From contig OZ024744.1 in assembly GCA_964016885.1 (NCBI GenBank), positions 95,170,001 through 95,234,000 on the forward strand: 64,000 nucleotides of DNA, written 5' to 3'. A program made the position numbers and the translations under genes. Positions 26,101-37,857 of the stretch are shown in pieces; position 1 is the stretch's first letter; each line of letters begins with the position of its first letter. This DNA comes from Eledone cirrhosa (taxonomy: Eukaryota). A model generated the notes under the pieces. That model ran no database searches. It was not told the origin of the DNA and saw only the letters and a program-made list of their open reading frames with translations.

Positions 26101-28988
26101 ACTTTAACTCTTAACATCCTGTACCACATTAAACCACATTAACAAGACATTGTTGAAAAGTACAAAACAGTACTATGACTGTATCACATTAACTGTTAAC
26201 ATCCTGTACCACATGAAGCCACATTAACAAGACATTGTTGAAAAGGACAAAACAGTACTATGACTGTATCACCTTAACTATTAACATCCTATACCGCATG
26301 AAACCACATTAACAAGACATTGTTGAAAAGTACAAAACAGTACTATGACTGTATAACATTAACTATAACATCCTATACAACATGAAGCCACATTAACAAG
26401 ACATAGTTGAAAAGTACAAAACAGTACTATGACTGTATCAGATTAACTCTTAACATCCTGTACCACATGAAACCACATTAACAAGACATTGTTGAAAAGT
26501 ACAAAACAGTACTATGACTGTATCACATTAACTGTTACCATCCTGTACCACATGAAACCACATTAACAAGACATTGTTGAAAAGTACAGAACAGTACTAT
26601 GACTGTGTCACATTAACTGTTAACATCCTGTACCACATGAAACCACATTAACAAGACATCGTTGAAAAGTACAAAACAGTACTATGACTGTATCACATTA
26701 ACTCTTAACATCCTGTACCACGTGAAATCACATTAACAAGACATCGTTGAAAAGTACAAAACAGTACTATGACTGTATCACATTAACTGTTCACATCCTG
26801 TACCACGTGAAACCACATTAACAAGACATTGTTGAAAAGTACCAAACACTACTATGACTGTATCACATTAACTGTTAACATCCTGTACCACATGAAACCA
26901 CATTAGCAAGACATTGTTGAAAAGTACAAAACAGTACTATGACTGTATCACATTAACTCTTAACATCCTGTACCACGTGAAACCACATTAGCAAGACGTT
27001 CTTGAAAAGTACAAAACAGTATTATGACTGTATCACATTAACTCTTAACATCCTGTACCACGTGAAACCACATTAACAAGACATTGTTGAAAAGTACAAA
27101 ACAGTACTATGACTGTATCACATTAACTGTTAACATCCTGTACCACATGAAACCACATTAACAAGACATTGTTGAAAAGTACAAAACAGTACTGTGACTG
27201 TATCACATTAACTCTTAACATCCTGTACCACATGAGACCACATTAACAAGACATTGTTGAAAATTACAAAACAGTACTATGACTATCACATTAACTGTTA
27301 ACATCCTGTACCACATGAAGCCACATTAACAAGACATTGTTGAAAAGCACAAAACAGTACTATGACTGTATCACCTTAACTATTAACATCCTATTCCGCA
27401 TGAAACCACATTAACAAGACATTGTTGAAAAGTACAAAACAGTACTATGACTGTATCACATTAACTCTTAACGTCCTGTACCACATGAAACCACATTAGC
27501 AAGACATTCTTGAAAAGTACAAAACAGTATTATGACTGTATGACATTAACTCTTAACATCCTGTACCACGTGAAACCACATTTACAAGACATTGTTGAAA
27601 AGTACAAAACAGTACTATGACTGTATCACATTAACTGTTAACATCCTGTACCACATGAAACCACATTAACAAGACATTCTTGAAAAGTACAAAACAGTAC
27701 TATGACTGTATCACATTAACTGTTAACATCCTGTACCACATGAAACCACATTAACAAGACATTGTTGAAAAGTACAAAACAGTACTGTGACTGTATCACA
27801 TTAACTCTTAACATCCTGTACCACATGAGACCACATTAACAAGACATTGTTGAAAATTACAAAACAGTACTATGACTATCACTTTAACTCTTAACATCCT
27901 GTACCACATTAAACCACATTAACAAGACATTGTTGAAAAGTACAAAACAGTACTATGACTGTATCACATTAACTGTTAACATCCTGTACCACATGAAGCC
28001 ACATTAACAAGACATTGTTGAAAAGGACAAAACAGTACTATGACTGTATCACCTTAACTATTAACATCCTATACCGCATGAAACCACATTAACAAGACAT
28101 TGTTGAAAAGTACAAAACAGTACTATGACTGTATAACATTAACTATAACATCCTATACAACATGAAGCCACATTAACAAGACATAGTTGAAAAGTACAAA
28201 ACAGTACTATGACTGTATCAGATTAACTCTTAACATCCTGTACCACATGAAACCACATTAACAAGACATTGTTGAAAAGTACAAAACAGTACTATGACTG
28301 TATCACATTAACTGTTACCATCCTGTACCACATGAAACCACATTAACAAGACATTGTTGAAAAGTACAGAACAGTACTATGACTGTGTCACATTAACTGT
28401 TAACATCCTGTACCACATGAAACCACATTAACAAGACATCGTTGAAAAGTACAAAACAGTACTATGACTGTATCACATTAACTCTTAACATCCTGTACCA
28501 CGTGAAATCACATTAACAAGACATCGTTGAAAAGTACAAAACAGTACTATGACTGTATCACATTAACTGTTCACATCCTGTACCACGTGAAACCACATTA
28601 ACAAGACATTGTTGAAATGTACACAACAGTACTATGACTGTATCACATTAACTGTTAACATCCTGTACCACATGAAACCACATTAACAAGACATACTTGA
28701 AAAGTACAAAACAGTACTATGAGACCATCATATTAACTCTTAACATCCTGTACCACATGAAACCGCATTAACACGACATACTTGAAAAGTACAAAACAGT
28801 ACTATGACTGTATCACATTAACTGTTAACATCCTGTACCACATAAAACCACATTAACAAGACATTGTTGAAAAGTACAAAACCATACTATGATTGTATCA
28901 CATTATCACTTAACATCCTGTAACACATGAAACCACATTAACAAGACATTGTTGAAAAGTACAAAATAATACTATGACTACATCACAT
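11200..28988. repeat. 85-bp tandem satellite, ~209 copies (~17.8 kb)
   Basis: Unit ACCACATTAACAAGACATTGTTGAAAAGTACAAAACAGTACTATGACTGTATCACATTAACT(C/G)TTAACATCCTGTACCACATGAA; first units start at 11214 and 11299; no unique spacers. Confidence 0.98.
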
Positions 28989-29458
28989 CTTTACTCTAAT
29001 ATTGCAAATTTCCACAACAATCTTTCTACTGGTAAAGCTACTATATTTGAATTAACAAACCTCATGAAACCACATTAACAAAACTTTCTTGAAAAGCACA
29101 AAACAATACTATGACTGGCTCATGTTAACTCTTTAGCATTACATTACTCTATATTTACTATTGTATTTTCACAGTAAAGGTTTTACCGTACATAATTATC
29201 TCACATAATATCGAATCTACAAAGTTTTGATGGACAATACCTTATGGTCAGTATGATTGGCTGGTTACAGCTGATTTGAACAGAAAGAGGTGAGAGATTT
29301 CTGGCTGGATATTGCCAGGTTAAACATTAAAGCCTTTACTTAACTACTGCAAATTTTTACAATGATCTGTCTACTGGTAAAGATAATATAAACATTTGAA
29401 TTAACAAACCTGTTTTTATATAATTTCTGCTAAATCATTATAGGATATTAAGAGTTAA
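28900..29458. mobile_element. Remainder of putative TTAA-bounded MITE that hosts the satellite, including right terminal inverted repeat
   Basis: 29439-29458 TATAGGATATTAAGAGTTAA reverse-complements to TTAACTCTTAATATCCTATA, 18/20 identical to the monomer segment TTAACTCTTAACATCCTGTA. Diverged direct repeat at ~28990-29060 and ~29336-29410. Confidence 0.6.
29125..29338. mobile_element. piggyBac-type MITE family A copy, nested at a TTAA in a degenerate satellite monomer
   Basis: TTAA|CTCTTTAGCATTACATTACTC...TTTGAACAGAAAGAGGT.AGAGA..T.TGGCTGGA, collinear with 1127-1343. Confidence 0.7.
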
Positions 29459-29698
29459 AGAACCCTATTTAAAATCTTTTCTAGTACAAGAAGACATGTA
29501 AAACAGTTTTCATTGCTATGCTAAAATAATGTTTCACAAATAAAACTGTCAGTGCATTATGATTTCAAATAAATGTTGTCGATAAGTGTGTCGTTTTCTT
29601 TTTCAAAACATCACAATTACTTTAATCATCTGCTTAGATGGAAAGAAGTCAATATCATTGTTCTGGTATCTTAAGAATCAGCTGGGCAGATTGTTAAT

Positions 29699-30440
29699 AG
29701 GTATCATGACTAAAAGCACCCAGTTTACACTGTAAAGTGGTTGTGTAGGTATCATGACAAAAAGCACCCAGTACTCGCTGTAAAGTGGTTGTGTAGGTAT
29801 CATGACAAAAAGCACCCAGTACTCGCTGTAAAGTGGTTGTGTAGGTATCATGACAAAAAGCACCCAGTACTCGCTGTAAAGTGGTTGTGTAGGTGTCATG
29901 ACAAAAAGCACCCAGTACTCGCTGTAAAGTGGTTGTGCAGGTATCATGACAAAAAGCACCCAGTTTACACTGTAAAGTGGTCATGAAGGTGTCACAACAA
30001 AAAGCACCCAGTACTCACTGTAAAGTGTTCGTTTAGGCATCATGACAAAAAGCACCCAGTACTCACTGTAAAGTGGTCGTATAGGCGTCACGACAAAAAG
30101 CACCCAGTACTCACTGTAAAGTGGTCGTATAGGCGTCATGACAAAAAGCACCCAATCCACATTGTAAAGTGGTCGTATAGGTATCATGACAAAAAGCACC
30201 CAATCCACATTGTAAAGTGGTTGTGTAGGTATCATGACAAAAAGCACCCAATCCACACTGTAAAGTGGTTGTGTAGGTGTCACAACAAAAAGCACCCAAT
30301 CTACATTGTAAAGTGGTTGTGTAGGTATCATGTCAAAAAGCACCCAGTCCACACTGTAAAGTGGTTGTGTAGGTGTCATGACAAAAAGCACACAGTCCAC
30401 ACTGTAAAGATGTCACAACAAAAAGCACCCAGTACTCAAT
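29699..30440 (+). repeat. 48-bp minisatellite (~15 copies) derived from an RTE 3'UTR subrepeat
   Basis: Unit AGGTATCATGACAAAAAGCACCCAGTACTCGCTGTAAAGTGGTTGTGT; runs directly into the RTE tail. Confidence 0.92.
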
Positions 30441-30629
30441 AAATGAGGTTGGTGCTAGGAAGGGCATCCAGCTATAGAAATCAAGTCAGAATCAGTTCTG
30501 TATGAGCATGACATGGTCACTTGACCTGACATTGCTCACAACAGGACAACTTGTCTAACCTATGCCAGCATGGAAAAATGGATGTTAAATGGTGATGATA
30601 ATGATGATGGTGATGATGATGATGATGAT
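30441..30629 (+). mobile_element. RTE 3' terminal tail with (GAT)n
   Basis: AAATGAGGTTGGTG.TAGGAAGGGCATCCAGC...ACAGGACAAC..GTCTAACC.ATGCCAGCATGGAA...GATGATG. Confidence 0.85.
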
Positions 30630-30811
30630 ATTTAATATATTAAAATTTAACCCCAAATCTCTACTTTGGGGGATATAAGCTAGATTTTGGCTCAAGTTTT
30701 GATATATTGTATTACTTCTCTGAGTAGATAATTTATTAATATATCTTACACTTTCATTGACATGTCTAAGAATTGGAGACAGTTAACTTTATAAATTAAT
30801 ATATATATATA

Positions 30812-31373
30812 TATAAGAGGAATCAAATGCTGTGTACAGGAGAGGAGGTTGCATTGGTATGGACAAGTGATATGTATGAAGGATGACAGCTGCATAAAAA
30901 GTTGCAGTGCACTAAAAGTCGATGGAAGCCTTGGAGTAGGGAAACCCAAGAAGACCTGGGATGCGGAGATAAAAGCTACCTTGCCCAATTGCACCTCTCA
31001 AAGGCGATGACACAGGACCGAGACCTCTGGCGTCACGCAGTAATACAGAAGACCCGACTTCTCATGGGTACAAGCTGAAGCTGAATCATATAGACGATAT
31101 GCCCCCACTCCCTCCCACTGCAAAGTTATCAACAAAAAAGCACCCAGTACACACTGTAAAGTGGTCATGTAGGCGCCATTGTAAAAAAGCACCCAGTACT
31201 CACTGTAAATGAGGTTGATGTTAGGAAGGGCATCCAGCTGTAGAAATCAAGCCTAAAATCAGTTACCGTATGAGCAAGACAAGTTCACCTGACCTGGCAT
31301 TGCCCACAACAGGGCAACCTGTCTAACCCATGCTAACGTGGAAGAATGGATGTAAAACGGTGATGATGATGAT
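30812..31373 (+). mobile_element. 5'-truncated RTE LINE 3' fragment
   Basis: IRGIKCCVQERRLHWYGQV...GKPKKTWD, collinear with 36640-37214; flanked by (TA)n on both sides. Confidence 0.9.
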
Positions 31374-31859
31374 ATATATTTGTTAATTTGTTGTTTTGAT
31401 TCTTCACATTTATGTGCTCATGTACGTACAAATAGAAACACATAGAAATGAATGAATTAAATTGTCAGAGAGAGAAATAAAGAGAAAAGAAGAGTTGACA
31501 AAAAAGAGAAAAATTAAAGAGAAATTAAAGGAGAAAGATGACATTTTTGAGAACAAATAGCACAAGGTACTATTTTGTCACTTTGTTCTATTTTGGAATA
31601 TTTTGCTTCAATTGCCCCACTCTCACTCCATTAGAACTTTCTGTCTTTATCCCTTTTTTCAATTTTTGCCGTTTTACTCCACGATTAGCTGAAAATCAAG
31701 ATTTTTCTTTTTATGGAATATTTAGGTTGGGGTGTGGTGGAGGACATCGTCTGAATTTCAATGATACATTTCTAACTATTTATTGAAAAATGGCAACAAT
31801 GTTTCATGACAAACTTTTATGCTTATTATACTGGTGTATGTTGGTGAAAAGGAGGGGAC

Positions 31860-32005
31860 TACCAAGTGGGTGAATGTCTCACCCACTTGGTAATTCTCAG
31901 GTAGCTACGGATTCATCGTTCTGTCAGCGGGGCACAGCCAAATAACTGTTATGACTGGGTTGTAGAGTCTGTCCCTCCCACGCCTTCTCCCTTTCTTTCA
32001 TTGCT
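31860..32005 (+). repeat. Perfect 14-bp hairpin followed by second copy of the hammerhead-like repeat
   Basis: TACCAAGTGGGTGA-atgtc-TCACCCACTTGGTA at 31860-31892; then GGGGCACAGCC...TGTAGAGTC.GTC...CCTTCTCCCTTTCTT as at 2217-2290. Confidence 0.5.
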
Positions 32006-32085
32006 TAATTCTTTTTTTTTTTCTGCTTCATTTAGATACTATTTTTTAATTGTAAATATTATTAAAGATTTAATTGATAAGATCC

Positions 32086-32088
<3 letters not shown>

Positions 32089-32136
<48 letters not shown>
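32089..32136. repeat. (GA)n microsatellite
   Basis: Direct inspection. Confidence 0.95.
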
Positions 32137-32144
<8 letters not shown>

Positions 32145-32799
32145 TGTGTGAGAATGTTATATATAATTGTTTCTACTTTTTGCACAAGGCCAGCAATTAC
32201 CCAGTACACATCTTAAACAGTGTATCAGTCATTTCCATGGGTGGTGGATCACTTTTGAACTACTTCCACCATTGTCAACCAATTGAAATTGGATATTGAA
32301 GTTGTGATCTCAACAACACTGGCTTATCAGACTGAGATACATCGTTAATTGAACCTGACATCCCTCACATCTTAAACAGTATGTTAAAACGAGTATTAAA
32401 GAGGTAGAAATAAAAAATAAAAAGTTGATGTGAATAACCTGCAGAATAGATGTGCTTTCTCAATGCTGATGGTATGGAATTACATAACCACCATTGATTA
32501 GTCTGCGCATCAATAGTTTTGATCTCAGAAATAATTGATTGAAAAGCATTGGATTATTTAACTACCTCACCTTTTTTGTTGTTTCTCTTATTTCACTAAT
32601 TGGGTGAAGATGTGCCAGGAAATGCCAGTGGAAGGAAGTTACAGTAAAGGTAGACCTGTTTCATTGCCAAACACTGAAAAGTCAGGTCACTCATCCCTCA
32701 ACTTCTTCAAGAAGAATCTTGGAGAAGAATCAGTTGGTTATATTGATCCCAGTACTTGACTGGTACTTTATTTTATCAACCCTAGAAGAATTTGAAATC

Positions 32800-32945
32800 A
32801 GCCTGGCTCTTCCAGTGCATCTCCTTCACCATCAACCAGGGAAACAGCTTCTCTATTTTAGCAGCCAGTGCATGGAACCCCATTTGCTCATAATAGTGAC
32901 AGATGGGGAGGGCAAGAGAGATGGAGACGATGACAGTGCGAGTTT
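32800..32945 (-). repeat. Unclassified interspersed repeat (inverted homolog at ~50695-50855)
   Basis: Shared CTCCCCATCT..CACTATTAT.AGC and GATGGTGA.GGAGA..C..TGGAAGAGCCA blocks. Confidence 0.55.
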
Positions 32946-34286
32946 AGTTCAGACCTGGTGTACCATGTGTGTATGTGACTGATTTAAATACTACCAAAAC
33001 ACAATAAATATTGTTATGTAGCTCTTATGAATATTTCCACTAGTGTAGAAAAATGAACTTCACTGTAATATTAAAAGCTACAAAACATTTTGTCTGATGT
33101 TCTAATAGTTCTGCCTATCCATTCATTATAATCCTCATCTTATTGATTACAAAATTTGGTGAGATATAGGCAGCATTTCATGTGTTTGTGTGTTCAGTTG
33201 ACACTTTCGCAGAAAAATGAGTATTTTGTGGTGATAGCTGAAAAGAATGTGTTATTAAATTGTAGCAGGAAAAGGAATGTTTGTTATAATAGATGAAACA
33301 TTGAAGTTGAAATTAATAATGGTTGTATTCGGTTAAAGGTTGTCACCACGAAAGGAGATGAATCTGTAACATAGTTGTAGGTAAGTGAGTTAGCGAAGTC
33401 AGGTATTATACTCACTTGTTGTTGTGGTGATATTGCCTTAGGAAAAATGATTTTCCCATATCATGTCCGATATGTTTTTAGTGTGTGCATGCAGATTTGT
33501 TGTGGCAGAAATATCAGAAGGCTTTTAACATTTTTACAATGTTTTATTTACAACCATACAAGATTATAATAAATTGTTGCCTGCATGTCATGTTAGTAAA
33601 TGAATAAAAATAAGTGTTTGATTAAAGAAAGTGGTCGTTCGCTGACAGGGCCAAAGTTTCTTAATTACTGTTACATTTTGCTAGCATTGACACGCAAAGG
33701 TAAATCGATGTTGGCTTCTTGAAGTTTAAGCAGCAACTAGTTCTAGTCAACAAAAGAAGCGCAAAATTCTTAGTTGGGTGGAAGTAATTATATTCATGCG
33801 CGACTTACGCGATTGGTCAACCGGTAACCAAATCACGCATGAAAGATTGTTGTTGCGAGCTACAAAGTAATGCTGCTACAACACAACTATGTTTTATACA
33901 GCAGATACACCCTCATGAAACTGAAAGAAAATGTGTGGCTAGTTCTGGCTTGTGTTATTGAGGCTGCTGTTTACTATACCAGTGTAATGAGACCTTTCAT
34001 TTTTGATGAGACACACAATACTGACTATTACATCCAGATGTTAACTTAAAATTATGGCCTGTTCTTACATTGCCTGTCAGTGACTCACACCACCTTTTTT
34101 CTTTTTAGCAAAATGTGGCCTGGCACATCACAAAAGCAATGTTGAATGAGTTATATAACTGATAGTTAGCTAGGATGCCAAGGAATAAAAGCCCTTGCCT
34201 TTCCCTTCTTTTTCCGTTTTCATAACCTTCAATTTTATATCTGGTAGCTGGCCCCATGCCGTAAAAAATGACGGCTAATTGTAATA

Positions 34287-34820
34287 TCTATATATAATAT
34301 AAAAAAGATGTTTGTTTGTTTATTGGTTGGTTTCTTTGCGCTCACTCACACAAGTGATACACACACACATCTTAGAACGCTGGACCTCTATAGTTTCTCA
34401 CCACCTCCATCATCAGTCATCACATAGATGTGTGTGTATGTAATAATTATTTTTTATGTGTCTCTTTATATATATATATGTGTAGATGTGTGTGTGTTTA
34501 TAATTTTATTGTCTGTGTATCTTCCTAAATAAACACACACAAACACATATACACTCAAATATACACACAAATATTATATATAAATATAATTTACACAAAC
34601 ACACATATACACACAGACAAACACTCACATAATCATAACAGCCAATGTGTGTAGCCAATTCGCTATACATATACACACACAGGTGTAGCGAATGTTAGAC
34701 GCTGCTTTCTGTAGTTTGTCATCACCCACTACCTTCCTCAGTCGACATAATCACCCCTTCCTTCTTCAGTCATCTCTAGTGTGTGACAGACAAATACACA
34801 AGGCTTTTATATTAGTAGAT
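34287..34820. mobile_element. Helitron-like 5' termini in opposite orientations flanking (TG)/(CA) low-complexity DNA
   Basis: TCTATATATAATATAAAA..(GTTT)n on + at 34287; ATCTACTAATATAAAAG..TTTGTCTGTC on - ending at 34820. Confidence 0.35.
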
Positions 34821-34959
34821 ATTTGCAGCACCTGGTATCATCTAAATGGCTTCATATTTTGTGAATGATCTCCAAAAACTCCCGTCTAGATCATTTCCGA
34901 TTTCTTCTTGTGGGGATAGCTCAAGAACAATACCTACAAATACAACATCCAGGAATTTT

Positions 34960-35425
34960 GAACTACAGTCGTAAAGACCTGAAAATCCGCCTCTTCATTG
35001 CTGTAGTGGAGTCTGTGCTGCTGTACGGGTCTGAGACTTGGACACTGACCAAGAAACTCTGTCAGATGGTGGATGGGTGCTACACGAGAATGCTGAGGAT
35101 GGCTCTGAACATTAATCAGTATACACTGAGGATGAACAACTCAGAGCTGTATGGGAGCCTCCCAAAAGTCAGCTCAAAAGTGACACAGAGGAGACTGAGG
35201 TTAGCTGGACATGCTCACCGGCATCCAGAATTGGCATTGCACTCAGTGCTCCTGTGGGAGCCCCTACATGGACACACTAGAAGAGGAAGACCAAGGTTAA
35301 CGTATGTTGATGCCCTAAAGACAGACACTGGTCTGTTGGAGACGCGGAGCATGGCAGCAATAATGACGGACAGAGACCGCTGGAGAGAACTCGTCCATGG
35401 ATCTCAGGAATTTTACCCGCCCTAG
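34960..35425 (+). mobile_element. RTE-clade LINE C-terminal fragment (distinct family)
   Basis: KIRLFIAVVESVLLYGSETW, RRLRLAGH, RRGRPRLTY; frame uninterrupted to stop at 35425. Confidence 0.85.
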
Positions 35426-35457
35426 TCATTGAGAAATTTGCTAACTCGACAGCTAAA

Positions 35458-36075
35458 TCTATATATCTAAAATGGAGAATGTCTGTCTGTCTGTCCGATC
35501 ACTAAAACTCGAGAACCACCCAACCGATTGTTTTCAAACTTTACACATGTAATACTTATGGTCATGTGAGTGTTTTGAGCAAAAAAGAATTTCAAATTTT
35601 CAATGCCCTAGGGACCGCATTAGGCGATTTAGCGATCTCTCTCTATAATTATTAGTCTTTCTCTTTTTAGATAGATACATAGATATAACGTTGTGCCCTT
35701 ATAATATCTGTCTGTATGTCTGGATTACGACATTATGACTCGGTGTGTATGTGTGTGTGTATATGTATATATAGTGTGTATATATATACAGTGTGTAACG
35801 TTTTTCGAAATATTTACTTCTGCGTTTACAGATTGATTTTTTTAGTTACAGAAGATCCCGTTAAGGGTGAAAGCAGCGATTCTTTGCTTAAACTTTAATC
35901 TGTTATTTTAATATATATATATAATTATATATTCGTGTACAGATATTTTTGCATACACAATAACAAAATATAAACAAACATATTTATTTCACGTGGCTCG
36001 ATAAGGATAAATATATATCAAATATATAAGAACCCTAGAGCAAATCCCGAGCAACGCTGAGCCATTCTGCCTAAA
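35458..36075 (+). mobile_element. Non-autonomous Helitron-like element
   Basis: A|TCTATATATCTAAAA, (GTCT)n, CCGAT...AAACTTTACACA (also at ~5366-5385) and 3' CCCGAGCAACGCTGAG...CTGC.CTA terminus; 3' CTAG is degenerate. Confidence 0.6.
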
Positions 36076-36210
36076 GTTATACCTAAAAGTTTGCCAATCT
36101 ATAGCTAAAGTATTGTCCAGCCCTTTGTTGTAGAGGAGTTCATTTTCAACATTTGATTTGAATATTACAGATTTCTATATTTTCATTTAATAGATTTTAT
36201 AGTATTTGCA

Positions 36211-37397
36211 TTAACCCTTTAGTATTTACATTACTCTATATATACTCTATATAAGTACCACCAATACATTACTCTATATAAGTACCACCAATCTCTGGGA
36301 GGGCCCTGTAGAAACAGTAGACAGCTTCTGCTACCTAGGTGACCGAATTAGCAACGGAGGTGGGTGCTCAGAAAGTACAATAACTAGGGTAAGAACGGGA
36401 TGGAAGAAGTTTAGGGAACTACTACCACTGCTAGCTGCAAAAGGCTTCTCCCTCAGAATGAAAGGCAGACTGTATGATGCGTGTATCCGAACAGCGATGT
36501 TGCATGGTAGTGAGACCTGGGCGCTGAAGGTGGAAGACTTACGTAGATTAGAGAGAAACGAAGCCTGCATGCTCCGATGGATGTGTAACAGTAATATACG
36601 TGAACGACAAAGCATAAAGGAATTGAGAGAGAGACTGAGCATAAGAGGAATCAAATGCTGCGTGCAGGAGAGGCGGTTACGCTGGTATGGACATGTGATG
36701 CGTATGAAGGATGACAGCTGCATAAAAAGGTGCAGAGCACTAGAAGTTGATGGAAACCGCGGAGTGGGGAGACCCAAGATGACTTGGGATGAGGTGATAA
36801 AAGCCGACCTTACCCAACTACACCTCTCAAAGTCAATGACACACGACCGTGACTTCTGGCGTCACGCAGTAATACAGGGTACCCGACCTCCCATGGGTAC
36901 ATGCTGAAGCATATAAACAATATGCCCCCCCCCCCCTCCACCGCAAGGTGGCCGTGGAGGTGCCACGGCAAAAAAGCACCCAGCCCACACTGTAAAGTGG
37001 ACGTGTAGGCGCCACGGAAAAAGCACCCAGCACTCACTGTAAATGAGGTTGGTGTTAGGAAGGGCATCCAGCTGTAGAAATCAAGCCAGATCAGTTCCTG
37101 TATGAGCAAGGCATGGTCAGCCGACCAGACACTGCCCACAACAGGACAACCCGTCTAACCCATGCTAGCGTGGAAGAACGGACGTAAAATGGTGATGATG
37201 ATGATGATGATGATACTATTGTATTTTTGCGGTAAAGGCTTTATCTCACACAACATTGAATCTATGACATTTTGATATTATATATTTTGAGAATAATACC
37301 TTAACATAAGTATGAGCAGCTGGTTACAGCTGGTTTGAACAGAAAGAGGTAAGAGAATTCTGGCTGGATACAGCCAGTTTAGATGCTGAAGAGTTAA
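36211..37397. mobile_element. piggyBac-type MITE family A split by an RTE insertion
   Basis: TTAA|CCCTTTAGTATTTACATTACTCTATATAT at 36211; resumes ACTATTGTATTTTTGCGGTAAAGG at 37215; ends GATGCTGAAGAG|TTAA at 37397. Confidence 0.85.
36293..37214 (+). mobile_element. 5'-truncated, apparently young RTE LINE
   Basis: Uninterrupted frame 36293-36907 (VDSFCYLGD...LHGSETW...RRLRWYGHVMR...GRPKMTW), 3'UTR and pure (GAT)n tail. Confidence 0.92.
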
Positions 37398-37857
37398 GAT
37401 ATTCTACTTGAGTTTTTGTTACCATTGATATCATATAACAACTTGTGGCAGACCCTGCATAGATATAGATGTATGCATGCATGCGTGTGTGTGTGTCTGT
37501 GTCTGTGTGTGTGTATGTGTTGCATGTATGTGTAAATGTGTGTTTGTGTGTGTGAGTGTGTGTGTAGTACTGGTGCTACCACAAAAAAAATGCATCCAGT
37601 ACAGTCTGTAAGGTGGTTGGTGATAAGAAGGGCATCCAGCTGTAGAAACATTTACAAAAAAAGGGTTGAGAAGATTCTTCAGTTGTATCAAAAGCAGGAT
37701 AACCTCTCTAGTGTTGGTGATCTACACAATAAATGCACCCAGTACACTCTGAAAGCATATACAATATGTTTGTATAATAGATGTACAAGAGTTTCGCTAT
37801 GAATATTTTTAAAAGCTGTGATCACATCACAGCCTTTTCAGTGTGTATATATGTATG

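Noticed and set aside
11200-28988. CRISPR-like array
   Set aside because: Contiguous monomers with no unique spacers, no cas genes, and a eukaryotic intronic context.
29678-30442. Repetitive ORFs (TTTLQRVLGAFCHDTY)n
   Set aside because: A by-product of a 48-bp non-coding UTR-derived unit being a multiple of three.
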